DNA of 64,000 nucleotides from an uncultured Chloroflexia bacterium (GTDB lineage Bacteria; Chloroflexota; Limnocylindria; Limnocylindrales; CSP1-4): NCBI GenBank assembly GCA_963720755.1, contig CAVRGP010000013.1, positions 163,369 to 227,368 of the forward strand, read 5' to 3'. Shown piece by piece: positions 48,011 to 58,105 of this stretch (position 1 is its first letter; each line of letters starts with the position of its first letter). The notes under the pieces were generated by a model. It saw only the letters and a program-made list of their open reading frames with translations, ran no database searches and was not told where the DNA came from. The position numbers and the translations under genes were made by a program.

Positions 48011-49162
48011 GTGCCCGCACCCGCCCCACCCGCCCGTCCGAGTCGTGCGCGCCCGTCCACCCGTGCGAGTTCGCGCGCCCGCGGCGCCGCCCCGGTCCTG
48101 GCCCGCCAGCTGCGTGACGGGATCGAGGAGAGCGTCCATCGGGGCGACATCGTCGAGGCCGACGTGGCCGGGCGGATCATCCGTCAGCTGGGCGATCCGG
48201 AGCGACTGGTCACCCTCCGCTCGACGGTCAAGCCGTTCGGCCTCCTCGCGTTGGTCGAAGCGGGCGGGATCGAGACGTTCGACCTCGAACCGGCCGAGAT
48301 CGCGATCCTCGCCAGCTCGCATTCGGGCGAGGACCTGCACGTTCGGACGCTGCAGGGCCTGTACCGGCGCTCCGGGGTCAGCCAGGCGGCGCTTGCCTGC
48401 GGCTCGGAAGGCGCCCCGCTCGATGCCCTGACCGCCGCCCGCCTTGCCCGCGACGGTGAGAAGGCCGGGCCGATCCGCCATATGTGTTCGGGCCAGCACA
48501 CGGTCTCACTCCTCCTTTGCCGGCTGCGCGGGTGGGACGCCACCGAATACTGGAAACCAGCCCACCCATCGCAGGTCGCCTATCGGGCGGCGGTGGCCAA
48601 GGCCTTCGCGACGACGCCGACAAAGCTGCGGACAGCCATCGACGGGTGCGGCATCGAGACCTACGCCTTCCGTCTCCGTGAGGTCGCCCAGGCCTACGCG
48701 ATGCTGGCGGATCCGGCTCGGATCCCCGCAAGCGATCCTCGGTCCGCGGTCGCCGGACCGCTGTCGTTGATCCGCGATGCGTTGCTGGCGAACCCGGAGA
48801 TGATCGGCGGGCGACACGACCGACTCGATACGTCGTTGATGAAGGCGGTACCCGATCGGATCGTCAGCAAGGCCGGCATGGAGGCGCTCCGTGGCCTGGC
48901 GATCCTTGCCGGACCGCGGGACGGGACGAACGAAGTCGGCGCGTCCGGGATGGCCATCAAGATCGAGGACGGCGGCGGCTACGACCGAGCCTCCTGGGCG
49001 GTCACGGTCGAGGCGTTGCGCCAGGCCGGCGTCGTCGACGGCGCCGCGCTGCGGGACCTTGCTCGTTATCATCGGCCGCCCCTCCTGGACCCCCATGGGC
49101 GGATGGGCGCCGAGACGGTTGCCGAGTTCGAGCTTGCGCCGGTGGGTGAGCTCATCGGCTGA
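48011..49162 (+). CDS. Asparaginase-family protein (Asparaginase_II/PF06089-like); true start probably downstream of the low-complexity N-terminus
   Basis: Family-like conserved blocks ([27 protein letters not shown]). First about 30 residues are Pro/Arg-rich and probably not translated. Confidence 0.5.
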   Translation: MPAPAPPARPSRARPSTRASSRARGAAPVLARQLRDGIEESVHRGDIVEADVAGRIIRQLGDPERLVTLRSTVKPFGLLALVEAGGIETFDLEPAEIAILASSHSGEDLHVRTLQGLYRRSGVSQAALACGSEGAPLDALTAARLARDGEKAGPIRHMCSGQHTVSLLLCRLRGWDATEYWKPAHPSQVAYRAAVAKAFATTPTKLRTAIDGCGIETYAFRLREVAQAYAMLADPARIPASDPRSAVAGPLSLIRDALLANPEMIGGRHDRLDTSLMKAVPDRIVSKAGMEALRGLAILAGPRDGTNEVGASGMAIKIEDGGGYDRASWAVTVEALRQAGVVDGAALRDLARYHRPPLLDPHGRMGAETVAEFELAPVGELIG

Positions 49163-49219
49163 TCGGGACCGGCTCGTCAGGGCCGGGCCGACGACCGGAT
49201 CGCGGAGTCGACGACGCAG

Positions 49220-50539
49220 ATGGCCCCCGAAACCGACCCGTACCGCATCCTCGGCCTGGCTCGAGGCGCCTCGCTCGATGAGATCAAGCGCGCCTACCGT
49301 CAACTTGCAAAGGCGCACCACCCGGACGCGGCCGGTGAGCGCAATGTGGCTCGTTTCCTGGCGATCCAGGCGGCGTACGAGCGACTGACCGAGGGCTCCG
49401 ATCCATCGAACGGCTCGTCCCGTCGACCGGGGCCGCCTCGGCGGCCGTGGGAAGCGGATCCAGACCGGAGCGATGCGACCCGACGGGCGTATGGCGGGCG
49501 TGGCCGGCCATCGACGCGTGGCCGGCCGGCCAACGGGCCAGGACGCACCGATCGTCCGCGCCGCCCCGCGAGCCCCGACGGCGCTACCGCTGGTACCGGC
49601 CGTGCCGATGAGGCATCCGGTCCCGGGAGTGGCTCGACGGCCGGCGAAGACGCGCCGGCCAAAGCGAAGCCCGGATCCACCTCCTATGACGGCGCAGATG
49701 CGCTGCCGTTCGAGCCCGATTGGGGCGGTGCCAGCTGGTACGGGACGACGAGCGGGACCTATTGGACCCTCAACCCCAAGGAATATGCGGATCCGCGGAA
49801 ACACGGCCCCGAGTACCAGGCGCGGGCGCGCAGAGCCGCGCTAGACCGACGTCCGGGTGTGGCCGGGCCTCCGACCGCTAGCCCCGATCCCAGCGAGCCC
49901 GAGGCCAGCGAGGATGCGACCCATACCACGAGCTCCTGGTGGGAATCCACGGCCGGGCCGGCCCCGACCGCTCCCGACGACCGCATGGACGAGCCCGTCA
50001 CCCCGAACGCGGGCCCGACGCAGGACCCGGGACCGACCCCCGGACCACGGTCGGATGCCCCATCGACGTCGAGCGAGGCGGCGCAGCCGGATCTGGGTCG
50101 GGCCACGTCCGATATCGGCCGGGCCCTCACCGACGAGCGCGTCGGTGGCATCCGGCTCAGGGTCGGACGGGCGCTCATCGGCTGGCTGCCCATCGCGTTC
50201 GGCCTCGGTTGGCTGATCGGCGAGATCAGTGGCTGCGGGCGGTTTGCGGCGACGTGCGACAGCGGCACGACGCCGATCACGATCGTGCTCCAGGTCCTGG
50301 TCCTGGCCGTCCTGCTCGCCGTGCCTCTGCTCGCCGCGCTGACGACGATGGCATCCATCACCCTGCTGGTCGTCTCGGTCGTGGCGGCCCTTGTCCTGTC
50401 GGCCGGTGGCGGGCAGGCCGACGATGCGAGACGGATCGCCCTGGGGGTGATCCTGGTCGGGGCCTGGCTGATCGGCCTGGCGACCGCGATCGTCGTTCGG
50501 GTGCGCCCACGTCCGTCACCGGCCGGTCCCGTATCCTGA
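49220..50539 (+). CDS. J-domain protein with long disordered linker and C-terminal TM helices
   Basis: J domain with HPD (DPYRILGL...AKAHHPDAAG). Pro/Gly/Arg-rich linker, then three TM helices. Confidence 0.6.
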   Translation: MAPETDPYRILGLARGASLDEIKRAYRQLAKAHHPDAAGERNVARFLAIQAAYERLTEGSDPSNGSSRRPGPPRRPWEADPDRSDATRRAYGGRGRPSTRGRPANGPGRTDRPRRPASPDGATAGTGRADEASGPGSGSTAGEDAPAKAKPGSTSYDGADALPFEPDWGGASWYGTTSGTYWTLNPKEYADPRKHGPEYQARARRAALDRRPGVAGPPTASPDPSEPEASEDATHTTSSWWESTAGPAPTAPDDRMDEPVTPNAGPTQDPGPTPGPRSDAPSTSSEAAQPDLGRATSDIGRALTDERVGGIRLRVGRALIGWLPIAFGLGWLIGEISGCGRFAATCDSGTTPITIVLQVLVLAVLLAVPLLAALTTMASITLLVVSVVAALVLSAGGGQADDARRIALGVILVGAWLIGLATAIVVRVRPRPSPAGPVS

Positions 50540-50543
50540 GGGC

Positions 50544-51269
50544 ATGCCCAAGCGACGTGACCAGCGCGACCTGTCGGCCGCTGCCCAGGAGTACCTCCTC
50601 GCGCTGCGCGTCCTGGTCGGATCCGAGGACCACCGGGTCACGGCAGCCCAGGTCGCCCGCCATCTGAGCGTGACGAGCCAGGCTGCGAGCGAGATGTTCC
50701 GGCGGCTCGTGGCTGATGGCCTGGTCGCCCATGATGCCGGTCGGGAACTGCACCTGACACCGGCCGGTCGGACCTCGGCGGACGCCATCTTCCGGCGACA
50801 CGCGCTCCTCGAGTGGCTGCTCACGTCGGTGATCGGACTCGGCTGGGCTGAATCGGACGATGAGGCCATGCGCCTGCAGGGGGCCATCTCGCCGCGCGTC
50901 GAAGCCAGGCTCGACGAGATCCTGGGGCATCCGGAGACCTGCCCGCACGGCAATCCGATCGATGCCGAGATCGCCCGTCGTCGTCCTGCCGGGACCCGGT
51001 TGAGCGAGATGGACGCCGGGGGCCGGGCGACGATCCTGCGGATCACCGAGGAGGCCGAGGAGGATGCCGGGCTGTTGTCCTACCTCGAGGCACGGGCCCT
51101 GACGCCTGGCGCCCACATCACCGTCCTGGCCCGGAGCGAGTCGCTCGATTCGCTCACCCTGGACGGGCCCCGTGGCCGGGCGACGCTCGGACTTCGGCCG
51201 GCGTCGCTCATCCGGATCCTGCCCGGCGAGGCCGATCCTTCCCTGTTCCACCACGTTCCGGCGCGCTGA
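50544..51269 (+). CDS. DtxR/IdeR-family metal-dependent transcriptional regulator with C-terminal FeoA/SH3-like domain
   Basis: HTH plus metal-binding and dimerisation pattern (ETCPHGNPI), C-terminal FeoA-like domain. Confidence 0.8.
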   Translation: MPKRRDQRDLSAAAQEYLLALRVLVGSEDHRVTAAQVARHLSVTSQAASEMFRRLVADGLVAHDAGRELHLTPAGRTSADAIFRRHALLEWLLTSVIGLGWAESDDEAMRLQGAISPRVEARLDEILGHPETCPHGNPIDAEIARRRPAGTRLSEMDAGGRATILRITEEAEEDAGLLSYLEARALTPGAHITVLARSESLDSLTLDGPRGRATLGLRPASLIRILPGEADPSLFHHVPAR

Positions 51270-51274
51270 ACGGG

Positions 51275-52768
51275 ATGCCGACCCCCCGCGTCCGGATCGC
51301 TCCGAGTCCGACCGGCCCGCTCCACATCGGGACCGCTCGCACGGCACTGTTCAACTACCTCTACGCTCGCCACACGGGCGGGACCTACGTCCTGCGACTC
51401 GAGGACACCGATCAGGCCCGAAGCACCGTCGCCTTCGAGCGCGACATCCTCGACGGTCTGCACTGGCTGGGACTCGACTGGGACGAGGGACCTGAGGTTG
51501 CCGGTGAGGCGGCTCGAGGTCCGTTCGCGCCGTATCGGCAGATGCTCCGCCTGCCGATGTACGCGGCGGCCGCCGAGCGGCTGCTCGCGGCCGATCAGGC
51601 CTACCCGTGCTACTGCACGCCGGACGAGTTGGCCGCCGACCGGAAGGCCCAGGAAGCGGCGCGGCTGCCACCTCGGTACGTGGGCCGCTGCGCGAACCTG
51701 ACCCCCGACGAACGCGCCGCTCGCACGGCCGAGGGGCGCCAGGGCGCCCTGCGTTTCCGGGTCGGCAGCGGCGTCGTCGAATTCGACGACGTCGTCCGCG
51801 GCCGGGTCGCCTTCGATGTCGCCGATCTGGGCGGCGATTTCGTGATCGTTCGGGGCGATGGATCCCCGCTCTACCACTTCACCGTGGTCGTTGACGACGC
51901 GGCCATGCAGATCTCGGACGTCATCCGGGGTGAGGACCACCTGTCGAACACACCGAAGCACATCCTCCTGTTCCGGGCGCTCGGCTACCCGGAGCCGAGG
52001 TTCGCCCATCTGCCGCTCATCCTGAACCCGGACCGCACGAAGATGAGCAAGCGCAAGAGTCAGACGGCGGTCGCCGACTACATCGCCGAGGGGTTCGTCC
52101 GCGAGGCCCTCGTCAACTACCTCGCGCTCCTCGGGTGGGCGACCGGGACGGAGGAAGAGGTGCTGTCGATCGATGAGATCGTCGAGCGCTTCGAGCTCGA
52201 CCAGGTCCACAAGGGCGGCGCCGTCTTCGATCGAGGTCGGCTCGAGTGGCTGAACGGCCAGTGGATCCGGCGGCTCGCGCCGGAGGACCTGGTCGAGCGG
52301 CTGCGCCCGTTCGTGGCCGCCGAGCTCGCTGCGGGCCGGATCGACTGGATGCCCCCGGACGACGAGCTGTTCGCCCTGCTCCCGGTCATCGCCGAGCGCC
52401 TGCCGACACTCGGTGCGGTCGGCGACCTGGTCGGCTTCCTGTGGGTCCGCGACCTGTCGGTCGATGCCGCCCTCCTGGTGCCGAAGCGCTGGGACGCCTG
52501 GACGACCCGGGGCGGGCTCGTGGCGGCGCGGGCCGTCATCGCCGACACCGGACCGGTCGCTTTCGAGGCCGACGAGCTCGAACCGCGCCTCCGTGCGGTC
52601 GCCGAGGCGCACGGCTGGAAGGTCGGCGACCTGTTCATGGCCATCCGGGTCGCCGTGACCGGCAGGACGGCCACGCCGCCACTCTTCGATACGCTTGTCG
52701 CGCTCGGGTTCGAGCGGACCATCGAGCGGCTGGATCGGGCGATCGCCGCCCTCGACGAAGGGAGTTGA
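51275..52768 (+). CDS. gltX: Glutamate--tRNA ligase
   Basis: Class I HIGH (PSPTGPLHIGTA) and KMSKS (KMSKRK) motifs. Confidence 0.9.
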   Translation: MPTPRVRIAPSPTGPLHIGTARTALFNYLYARHTGGTYVLRLEDTDQARSTVAFERDILDGLHWLGLDWDEGPEVAGEAARGPFAPYRQMLRLPMYAAAAERLLAADQAYPCYCTPDELAADRKAQEAARLPPRYVGRCANLTPDERAARTAEGRQGALRFRVGSGVVEFDDVVRGRVAFDVADLGGDFVIVRGDGSPLYHFTVVVDDAAMQISDVIRGEDHLSNTPKHILLFRALGYPEPRFAHLPLILNPDRTKMSKRKSQTAVADYIAEGFVREALVNYLALLGWATGTEEEVLSIDEIVERFELDQVHKGGAVFDRGRLEWLNGQWIRRLAPEDLVERLRPFVAAELAAGRIDWMPPDDELFALLPVIAERLPTLGAVGDLVGFLWVRDLSVDAALLVPKRWDAWTTRGGLVAARAVIADTGPVAFEADELEPRLRAVAEAHGWKVGDLFMAIRVAVTGRTATPPLFDTLVALGFERTIERLDRAIAALDEGS

Positions 52769-52775
52769 TGGAACG

Positions 52776-53165
52776 ATGACCCATGACGACGTCCAGCGCT
52801 GGCTGGAGCGGTATGTCGCGGCCTGGGACACCTACGACCCGGACGCGATCGGAGAACTGTTCAGTGAGGACGCGTCCTACCGCTATCAGCCGTATCGCGA
52901 ACCGGTCGTCGGTCGGGCCGCGATCGTGGCCGACTGGCTCGAGGCGAAGGACGAGCCCGGGACGTGGACGGCCCACTACGATGTGTGGGCGTGGGACGGG
53001 GAGCGAGCCTCGGCCATCGGTGAGACGCGGTACACCAACCCGGACGGTTCGTTCCGAGCGCTCTACTACAACCATTGGGCGCTTCGGTTCGACGGCCACG
53101 GGCGGTGCACCGAGTTCGTCGAGTACTTCATGGAACTGCCCGAGCGATTGCACCCGACGGCCTGA
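52776..53165 (+). CDS. SnoaL-like / NTF2-fold protein (paralog of 31389..31778)
   Basis: Internal ATG with GAAGGGAG RBS. About 35% identical pattern to the other copy (WLxRYxxAWxxxDPxxIGxLFSxxxxYxxxPxxExVVGRxxxxAxWL). Confidence 0.55.
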   Translation: MTHDDVQRWLERYVAAWDTYDPDAIGELFSEDASYRYQPYREPVVGRAAIVADWLEAKDEPGTWTAHYDVWAWDGERASAIGETRYTNPDGSFRALYYNHWALRFDGHGRCTEFVEYFMELPERLHPTA

Positions 53166-53202
53166 AACGGGACGCCACGCCGATTCGTCCACCAGCCTGC
53201 CC

Positions 53203-53850
53203 ATGACCATCGAGCCAGGATCCGTCGTCCGCGCGCCCCGGATGGTTGGCGTGCCCTGGCCCGCGGTCGGTCTCATCGTCGCGGCCGGGTTGGCGACGGG
53301 TGTCCTGACCCAGATCGGCCAGAGCTTCCTGCCGGCCGGGTTCGGCCAGGTCGCGAACGCGATCTCGCCCTGGTTGCTGGTCGCGTTCACGGTCGGGTCG
53401 TTGCTGCCCACCCCTGGCTGGGCGGCCGGCGGGGGGATCGGCGCGATGGTCATCGCCCTGGTCGGCTACTACGGCATGGTCGAGATCCGCTTCGGGTACG
53501 GGGCCTCATCGACCTCGTTGATCGTGTGGGGGATTGCCGCCCTTGTCGGTGGGGCGATCTTCGGCCTCGCCGGCCGGTGGTGGCGAGGGGACCGACCGTG
53601 GCGGCGCGGGATCGCGATCGGTCTCCTGGCCGCGGTGACCATCGCCGAGGGCGTGTACCTGATCGGGATCCTCACCGAGCCAGTGGTCGGCGTCGCCTTC
53701 ATCGCTGCCGGTGTCTCGGTGCCGCCGCTCGTGGGCCGCACCCCCGATGATTCTAGGCGGGGTTACCTCGCGATCCCGCCGATGCTGGCCCTCGGATTGG
53801 CCGGCTACACGGCCTTCAGCGCGTTATACAACCTCGCAGCCGGCATCTGA
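53203..53850 (+). CDS. Hypothetical polytopic membrane protein
   Basis: In-frame ATG inside table ORF 52783..53850. Five to six predicted TM helices. No family recognised. Confidence 0.4.
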   Translation: MTIEPGSVVRAPRMVGVPWPAVGLIVAAGLATGVLTQIGQSFLPAGFGQVANAISPWLLVAFTVGSLLPTPGWAAGGGIGAMVIALVGYYGMVEIRFGYGASSTSLIVWGIAALVGGAIFGLAGRWWRGDRPWRRGIAIGLLAAVTIAEGVYLIGILTEPVVGVAFIAAGVSVPPLVGRTPDDSRRGYLAIPPMLALGLAGYTAFSALYNLAAGI

Positions 53851-53892
53851 GGGCAACGCTGCGTTAACACGCGTGGCTATCATCGATCCCGG

Positions 53893-54589
53893 ATGGCACG
53901 CACGATCCTCGTCGTCGAAGACGAGCCGACCCTTCGCGAAGCGCTGGTGGACGCGCTCGAGGCCGACGGATTCCGGGTGGTCGCTGCTGCCGACGGCCGC
54001 GAGGCCCTGGCTCGGTTCCGGGCCGATGGACCCGACCTGATCCTGCTCGACCTGATGCTCCCGGAGCTGTCCGGTATCGAGGTCTGCCGGATCATCCGGG
54101 CCGAATCGGGCGTTCCCATCGTGATGCTGACGGCCAAGGACTCGGAACTCGACAAGGTCGTCGGGCTGGAGCTTGGCGCGGACGACTACGTCACCAAGCC
54201 GTTCAGCCTGCGGGAGCTGTCGGCACGTATCCGGGCGCTGTTCCGACGCTCCGACCAGGCTGTCGCTCTCGAGCGCCCACCGGCCGTCGTCGACCTCGGG
54301 TCCGATCCAGGCCGACCTCGGTGGCCGTCGCCTGCTCCGTGACGGTGTGGTCGTGCCGATGAAGCCGAAGGCGTTCGAGTTGCTCGCGTTCCTGATCCGC
54401 CATCCGGGCCAGGTCTTCACCCGCGATCAGCTGCTCGAGCACGTGTGGGGCTACGACTATGGCGGCGAGACGCGGACGGTCGATGTCCACATCCACTGGC
54501 TCCGTAGCCGGATCGAGACCGATCCCGGTCATCCGGCCTTCATCCACACCGTTCGGGGCGTCGGTTACGTCTTTCGCCGACCGGCCTGA
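53893..54589 (+). pseudogene. OmpR/PhoB-family response regulator interrupted by a single-base (+1) frameshift in a GGG run near 54298-54300 (pseudogene or sequencing error)
   Basis: Receiver domain in frame of ORF 53893..54342 (DEPTLREAL...LLDLMLP...TAKD). Winged-helix domain continues in ORF 54173..54589 (RLLRDGVVVPMKPKAFELL...VRGVGYVF). Removing one G from ctcGGGtcc restores ...VVDLGPIQADLGGRRLL... Confidence 0.7.
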
Positions 54590-55195
54590 GGGCCAGTTCC
54601 GGTCCGCGGAGACGGACCCGGGCAACCGATGTTGACCCACCGATAAGCGTCCGTTGACATGCGCGCCGCATCGTCGGGTCATGCCGATCGGCGTTCTCCA
54701 GCCCGGGCCCGGCCGCCGCGAGGTCATGCGGTCCGGCGAAATGACGACGATCGGTATCGACACGCCGTCCGGGGACCTCCTCCCGTCGGACGGCGGATTG
54801 GGTGCTCGTCCAGCGCCGGCGCCGCACCGGGCGCTGGCGCTGGATTCCCGTCGGGTGCTTCGAACATTCCGCGACCGTCCCCGCGACGTCGGTCCTTGGG
54901 GGGCACCGGCGTTCGCGCGGGAGGTCGACGCAATCCGTCGCCACCTCGCGCCGATCGCGACTCGACGAGGATTGGCCGCGTCCTACGCGCGAGAGGCATT
55001 CACGACGATCCGCGGCGGACGTCCAGGGTGCGACGATCCGGGGCGCGGCGATCCGGACCACGTTCGCCCGGTCCACGTCGCGTACGCGGTCCGCTGGCTC
55101 GAACTCGGTGACGGTGTCGCCCGTCCGGCATGGTCAGGATCAACCGCCGCATTCGTCTGATACGCCCGAGGCGTCGAGCCCGCTATCCTTCGCGG

Positions 55196-56902
55196 ATGCG
55201 TCTGTCCAAACTGTTCTTCGCCACGCTCCGCGACGATCCCGCCGATGCCGAGATGCCGTCGCACCGACTGCTCGTCCGGGCGGGCTACGTCCGCCAGCTC
55301 GGATCCGGGATCTATTCCCTGCTGCCGCTCGGCAAGCGGGTCAACGACCGCGTCGAGCAGATCATCCGCGAGGAGCAGGAGCGGATCGGCGGGCAGGAGC
55401 TGGAGATGCCGGTCGTCCACCCCGCCGACATCTGGCGGGCGAGTGGCCGGTACCAGGCGATCGGCCCGGAGCTGACCCGGTTCAAGGACCGCAACGGCCG
55501 GGACATGGTCCTGGCGATGACCCATGAGGAGGTCGTCGGGCTGCTCCTCGGCGACATCGTCCAGTCGTATCGGCAGCTTCCCTTGCAGGTCTATCACTTC
55601 CAGACGAAGTGGCGAGACGAGCCCCGGGCCAGGGGCGGGCTCATCCGCGTCCGCGAGTTCGTCATGAAGGACGCCTACAGCGCGGACCGCGATCAGGCCG
55701 GTCTCGATGCGAGCTACGACGCCCAGTACGCGGCCTACGTCCGGACCTTCGAGCGGCTCGGGCTCGATGTCGTGGTCGTCGCATCCGACGTCGGGATCAT
55801 GGGCGGCAGTCTGGCCCACGAGTTCATGGTCCTGAACCCGGCCGGGGAAGACGTGCTGGTTCTGTGCGACACCGGACACTACGCGGCCAACCGTCAGGTC
55901 GCCATCATGCCCAAGACCCCGGCACCGGGGGCGGACGGGGAGGCGCCACTCGAGCTCGAGGAGGTCGCGACGCCCGGGACCACGACGATCGCCTCACTCG
56001 CGGCCTTCCTTGGGGTGGGGAGCGAACGGACCGCCAAGGCGGCCTTCTTCGTGGCCGGCGACGGACGGCTCGTGACCGCCATCGTCCGTGGCGATTTCGA
56101 GGTCAACGAGACGAAGCTCGGCAACGCCGCGAAGGCCGTCGGCGGGATCAGGCCGGCCACGGTGGAGGAGATCCGCGCAGCCGGCATGGAGCCCGGCTAC
56201 GGGTCGCCGATCGGGGCACATGACACGTTCGTCGTCGTCGACGACCTGGTCGACCGCTCCCCGAACCTGGTCGCCGGCGCGAATCGCGAGGGCTTCCACT
56301 TCAGGAACGTCAACGTCGGCCGCGATTACCGGGCCGATGTCGTCGCCGATATCACCAACGCCCAGGAGGGTGACCCCTGTCCGGTCTGTGGCCAGCCGGT
56401 CGTCCTCCGGAACGGGATCGAGGTCGGCAACATCTTCAAGCTCGGGACGAAGTTCACCGATGCAGCCGGAGCGACGTATCTCGGTGAGGACGGCCTGTCC
56501 CATCAGATCATCATGGGCTCGTATGGCATCGGGGTCGGCCGAAGCGCGGCCTGCATCGTCGAAGCGCATCACGACGACAAGGGGATCGTCTGGCCGGCCG
56601 AGGTGGCGCCGTATGCGGCGCACCTGGTGACGATCGGCGGGAACAAGGATCCCCGCGTGATCGAGACGGCCGAGCAGCTTCACCGGCGCTCGATCGAGCT
56701 CGACCGGGAGATCCTTTGGGATGATCGCGACGAGTCACCTGGCGTGAAGTTCACCGACGCCGAGCTGCTGGGGATGCCCTGGATCCTGACCGTGAGCCCG
56801 CGGTCGTTGGCGGCCGGTGGGGTCGAGGTCGTGGAGCGGGCGACAGGCGAACGCTCGACCCGATCGATCGAGGAAGTCGAAGCGCTGCTCACGGGCGGCT
56901 GA
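55196..56902 (+). CDS. proS: Proline--tRNA ligase (bacterial type with editing domain)
   Basis: Class II motifs and a full-length 568-aa ProS pattern starting MRLSKLFFATLRDDPADAEMPSHRLL. Confidence 0.9.
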   Translation: MRLSKLFFATLRDDPADAEMPSHRLLVRAGYVRQLGSGIYSLLPLGKRVNDRVEQIIREEQERIGGQELEMPVVHPADIWRASGRYQAIGPELTRFKDRNGRDMVLAMTHEEVVGLLLGDIVQSYRQLPLQVYHFQTKWRDEPRARGGLIRVREFVMKDAYSADRDQAGLDASYDAQYAAYVRTFERLGLDVVVVASDVGIMGGSLAHEFMVLNPAGEDVLVLCDTGHYAANRQVAIMPKTPAPGADGEAPLELEEVATPGTTTIASLAAFLGVGSERTAKAAFFVAGDGRLVTAIVRGDFEVNETKLGNAAKAVGGIRPATVEEIRAAGMEPGYGSPIGAHDTFVVVDDLVDRSPNLVAGANREGFHFRNVNVGRDYRADVVADITNAQEGDPCPVCGQPVVLRNGIEVGNIFKLGTKFTDAAGATYLGEDGLSHQIIMGSYGIGVGRSAACIVEAHHDDKGIVWPAEVAPYAAHLVTIGGNKDPRVIETAEQLHRRSIELDREILWDDRDESPGVKFTDAELLGMPWILTVSPRSLAAGGVEVVERATGERSTRSIEEVEALLTGG

Positions 56903-56971
56903 CCCTCGAAACGAGGGCACGACACCGCGTCTGGGGACCGTCGACCACGGCCGGGCCGGTAGCATGCACCC

Positions 56972-58054
56972 GTGCCACCCCGACAGAGCTTGCCCGCCGA
57001 CGACCTGTACGCTCGCCTCGAGATCTCCGTGGACGCCTCTCCCGAGGCGATCGAGATCGCCTGGCGATCGTTGTTGCGACGGCACCATCCCGACGTCGCC
57101 GGCGCGTCAGGACTGGAGCGCTCGAAGCGGATCAACGTTGCCCATGACTGGCTGAGCGATGCCACGCTCCGCGCTCGATATGACCGGGAGCGAGGCCTGC
57201 GACGGTCGATCCGGGACACGGCCGGTCGCCAACCCCGTCGAGGCGATCCGCCCGAGGCGCCGAGTGCGTCAGCCGCCCCGGCGCGCCGTGCTCGCCCTCG
57301 GCCGCTCGATCCGGCCGAGGCGTTGGCGCGGTACCTCGAGCGCGTGGCCAGCCTGACCCCGGATGAGATCGACCGGCTGGCCTGCGCCGAACCGTCGCCG
57401 ATCGCGTTCGGAGCGACGATCGCGCGGTTCCTGCCGCCCGACCGACTGGCCGCGCTGGAGGCGTTGTCGACCTCGATCGACGCTCGGCTCGACCCGGAAG
57501 CGGCGGCGCGCCCCGGCGTCCGGGATGCCGTCGAGGGCTATGGCACCGAACTCGTCCTCGGAGGCTTCCTCGACGACCTCCTGACCGACCCGTTCCGTGC
57601 GCGGGCCAGGGAGCGGCTGACGCGCGGTTGGGAGGCAGCCGTCGGGCAGCCGCGGTACGGCCCGAACGGGGCGGCCGTTCGTGCCCTGCTCGGCCGACTG
57701 GCGGATCTCGATGCCAGGGGCATCGGGTCGCTTGCCGCGACCGCGGCGAAGTCCGGTGCCGACGGTCGCAGCGACCCGCCGTGGCCGCCGGGCACGTCCC
57801 CCGACGATGACGAAGCGCTCCGGGTGTCGTCCGTCCTCGCCGCGCGCGACGCCGCGGCGTCGATCCCGATCGGGACCACCGACCGGGTCACCGTGGCCCA
57901 CGCCCGCCGGGCAGCCGAACGACTCGCCCACCTGCTGGTCCTCCGGCATGCCTTCCCGGCGTCCACGTTCGCGACGTTGAGCCGGCCATGGCGACCGCGG
58001 TTCCTGCCCGACGACCCACCGACCCGGGTCCGGCAACGAGCGGCCCGGGACTGA
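56972..58054 (+). CDS. J-domain protein (N-terminal DnaJ domain, remainder uncharacterised)
   Basis: DLYARLEISVDASPEAIEIAWRSLLRRHHPDVAG. Remainder Ala/Arg-rich with no recognised domain. Confidence 0.5.
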   Translation: MPPRQSLPADDLYARLEISVDASPEAIEIAWRSLLRRHHPDVAGASGLERSKRINVAHDWLSDATLRARYDRERGLRRSIRDTAGRQPRRGDPPEAPSASAAPARRARPRPLDPAEALARYLERVASLTPDEIDRLACAEPSPIAFGATIARFLPPDRLAALEALSTSIDARLDPEAAARPGVRDAVEGYGTELVLGGFLDDLLTDPFRARARERLTRGWEAAVGQPRYGPNGAAVRALLGRLADLDARGIGSLAATAAKSGADGRSDPPWPPGTSPDDDEALRVSSVLAARDAAASIPIGTTDRVTVAHARRAAERLAHLLVLRHAFPASTFATLSRPWRPRFLPDDPPTRVRQRAARD

Positions 58055-58105
58055 CTGCGTCGGCGTCGCCGACACCGTGACGACCGGCTGTGCGATGCTC
58101 GGGCG

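Noticed and set aside
54654-55160. 168-aa plus-strand ORF between the response regulator and proS
   Set aside because: Low-complexity, no motif, alternative antisense ORF of similar size. Could be a small real gene, but I cannot support it.
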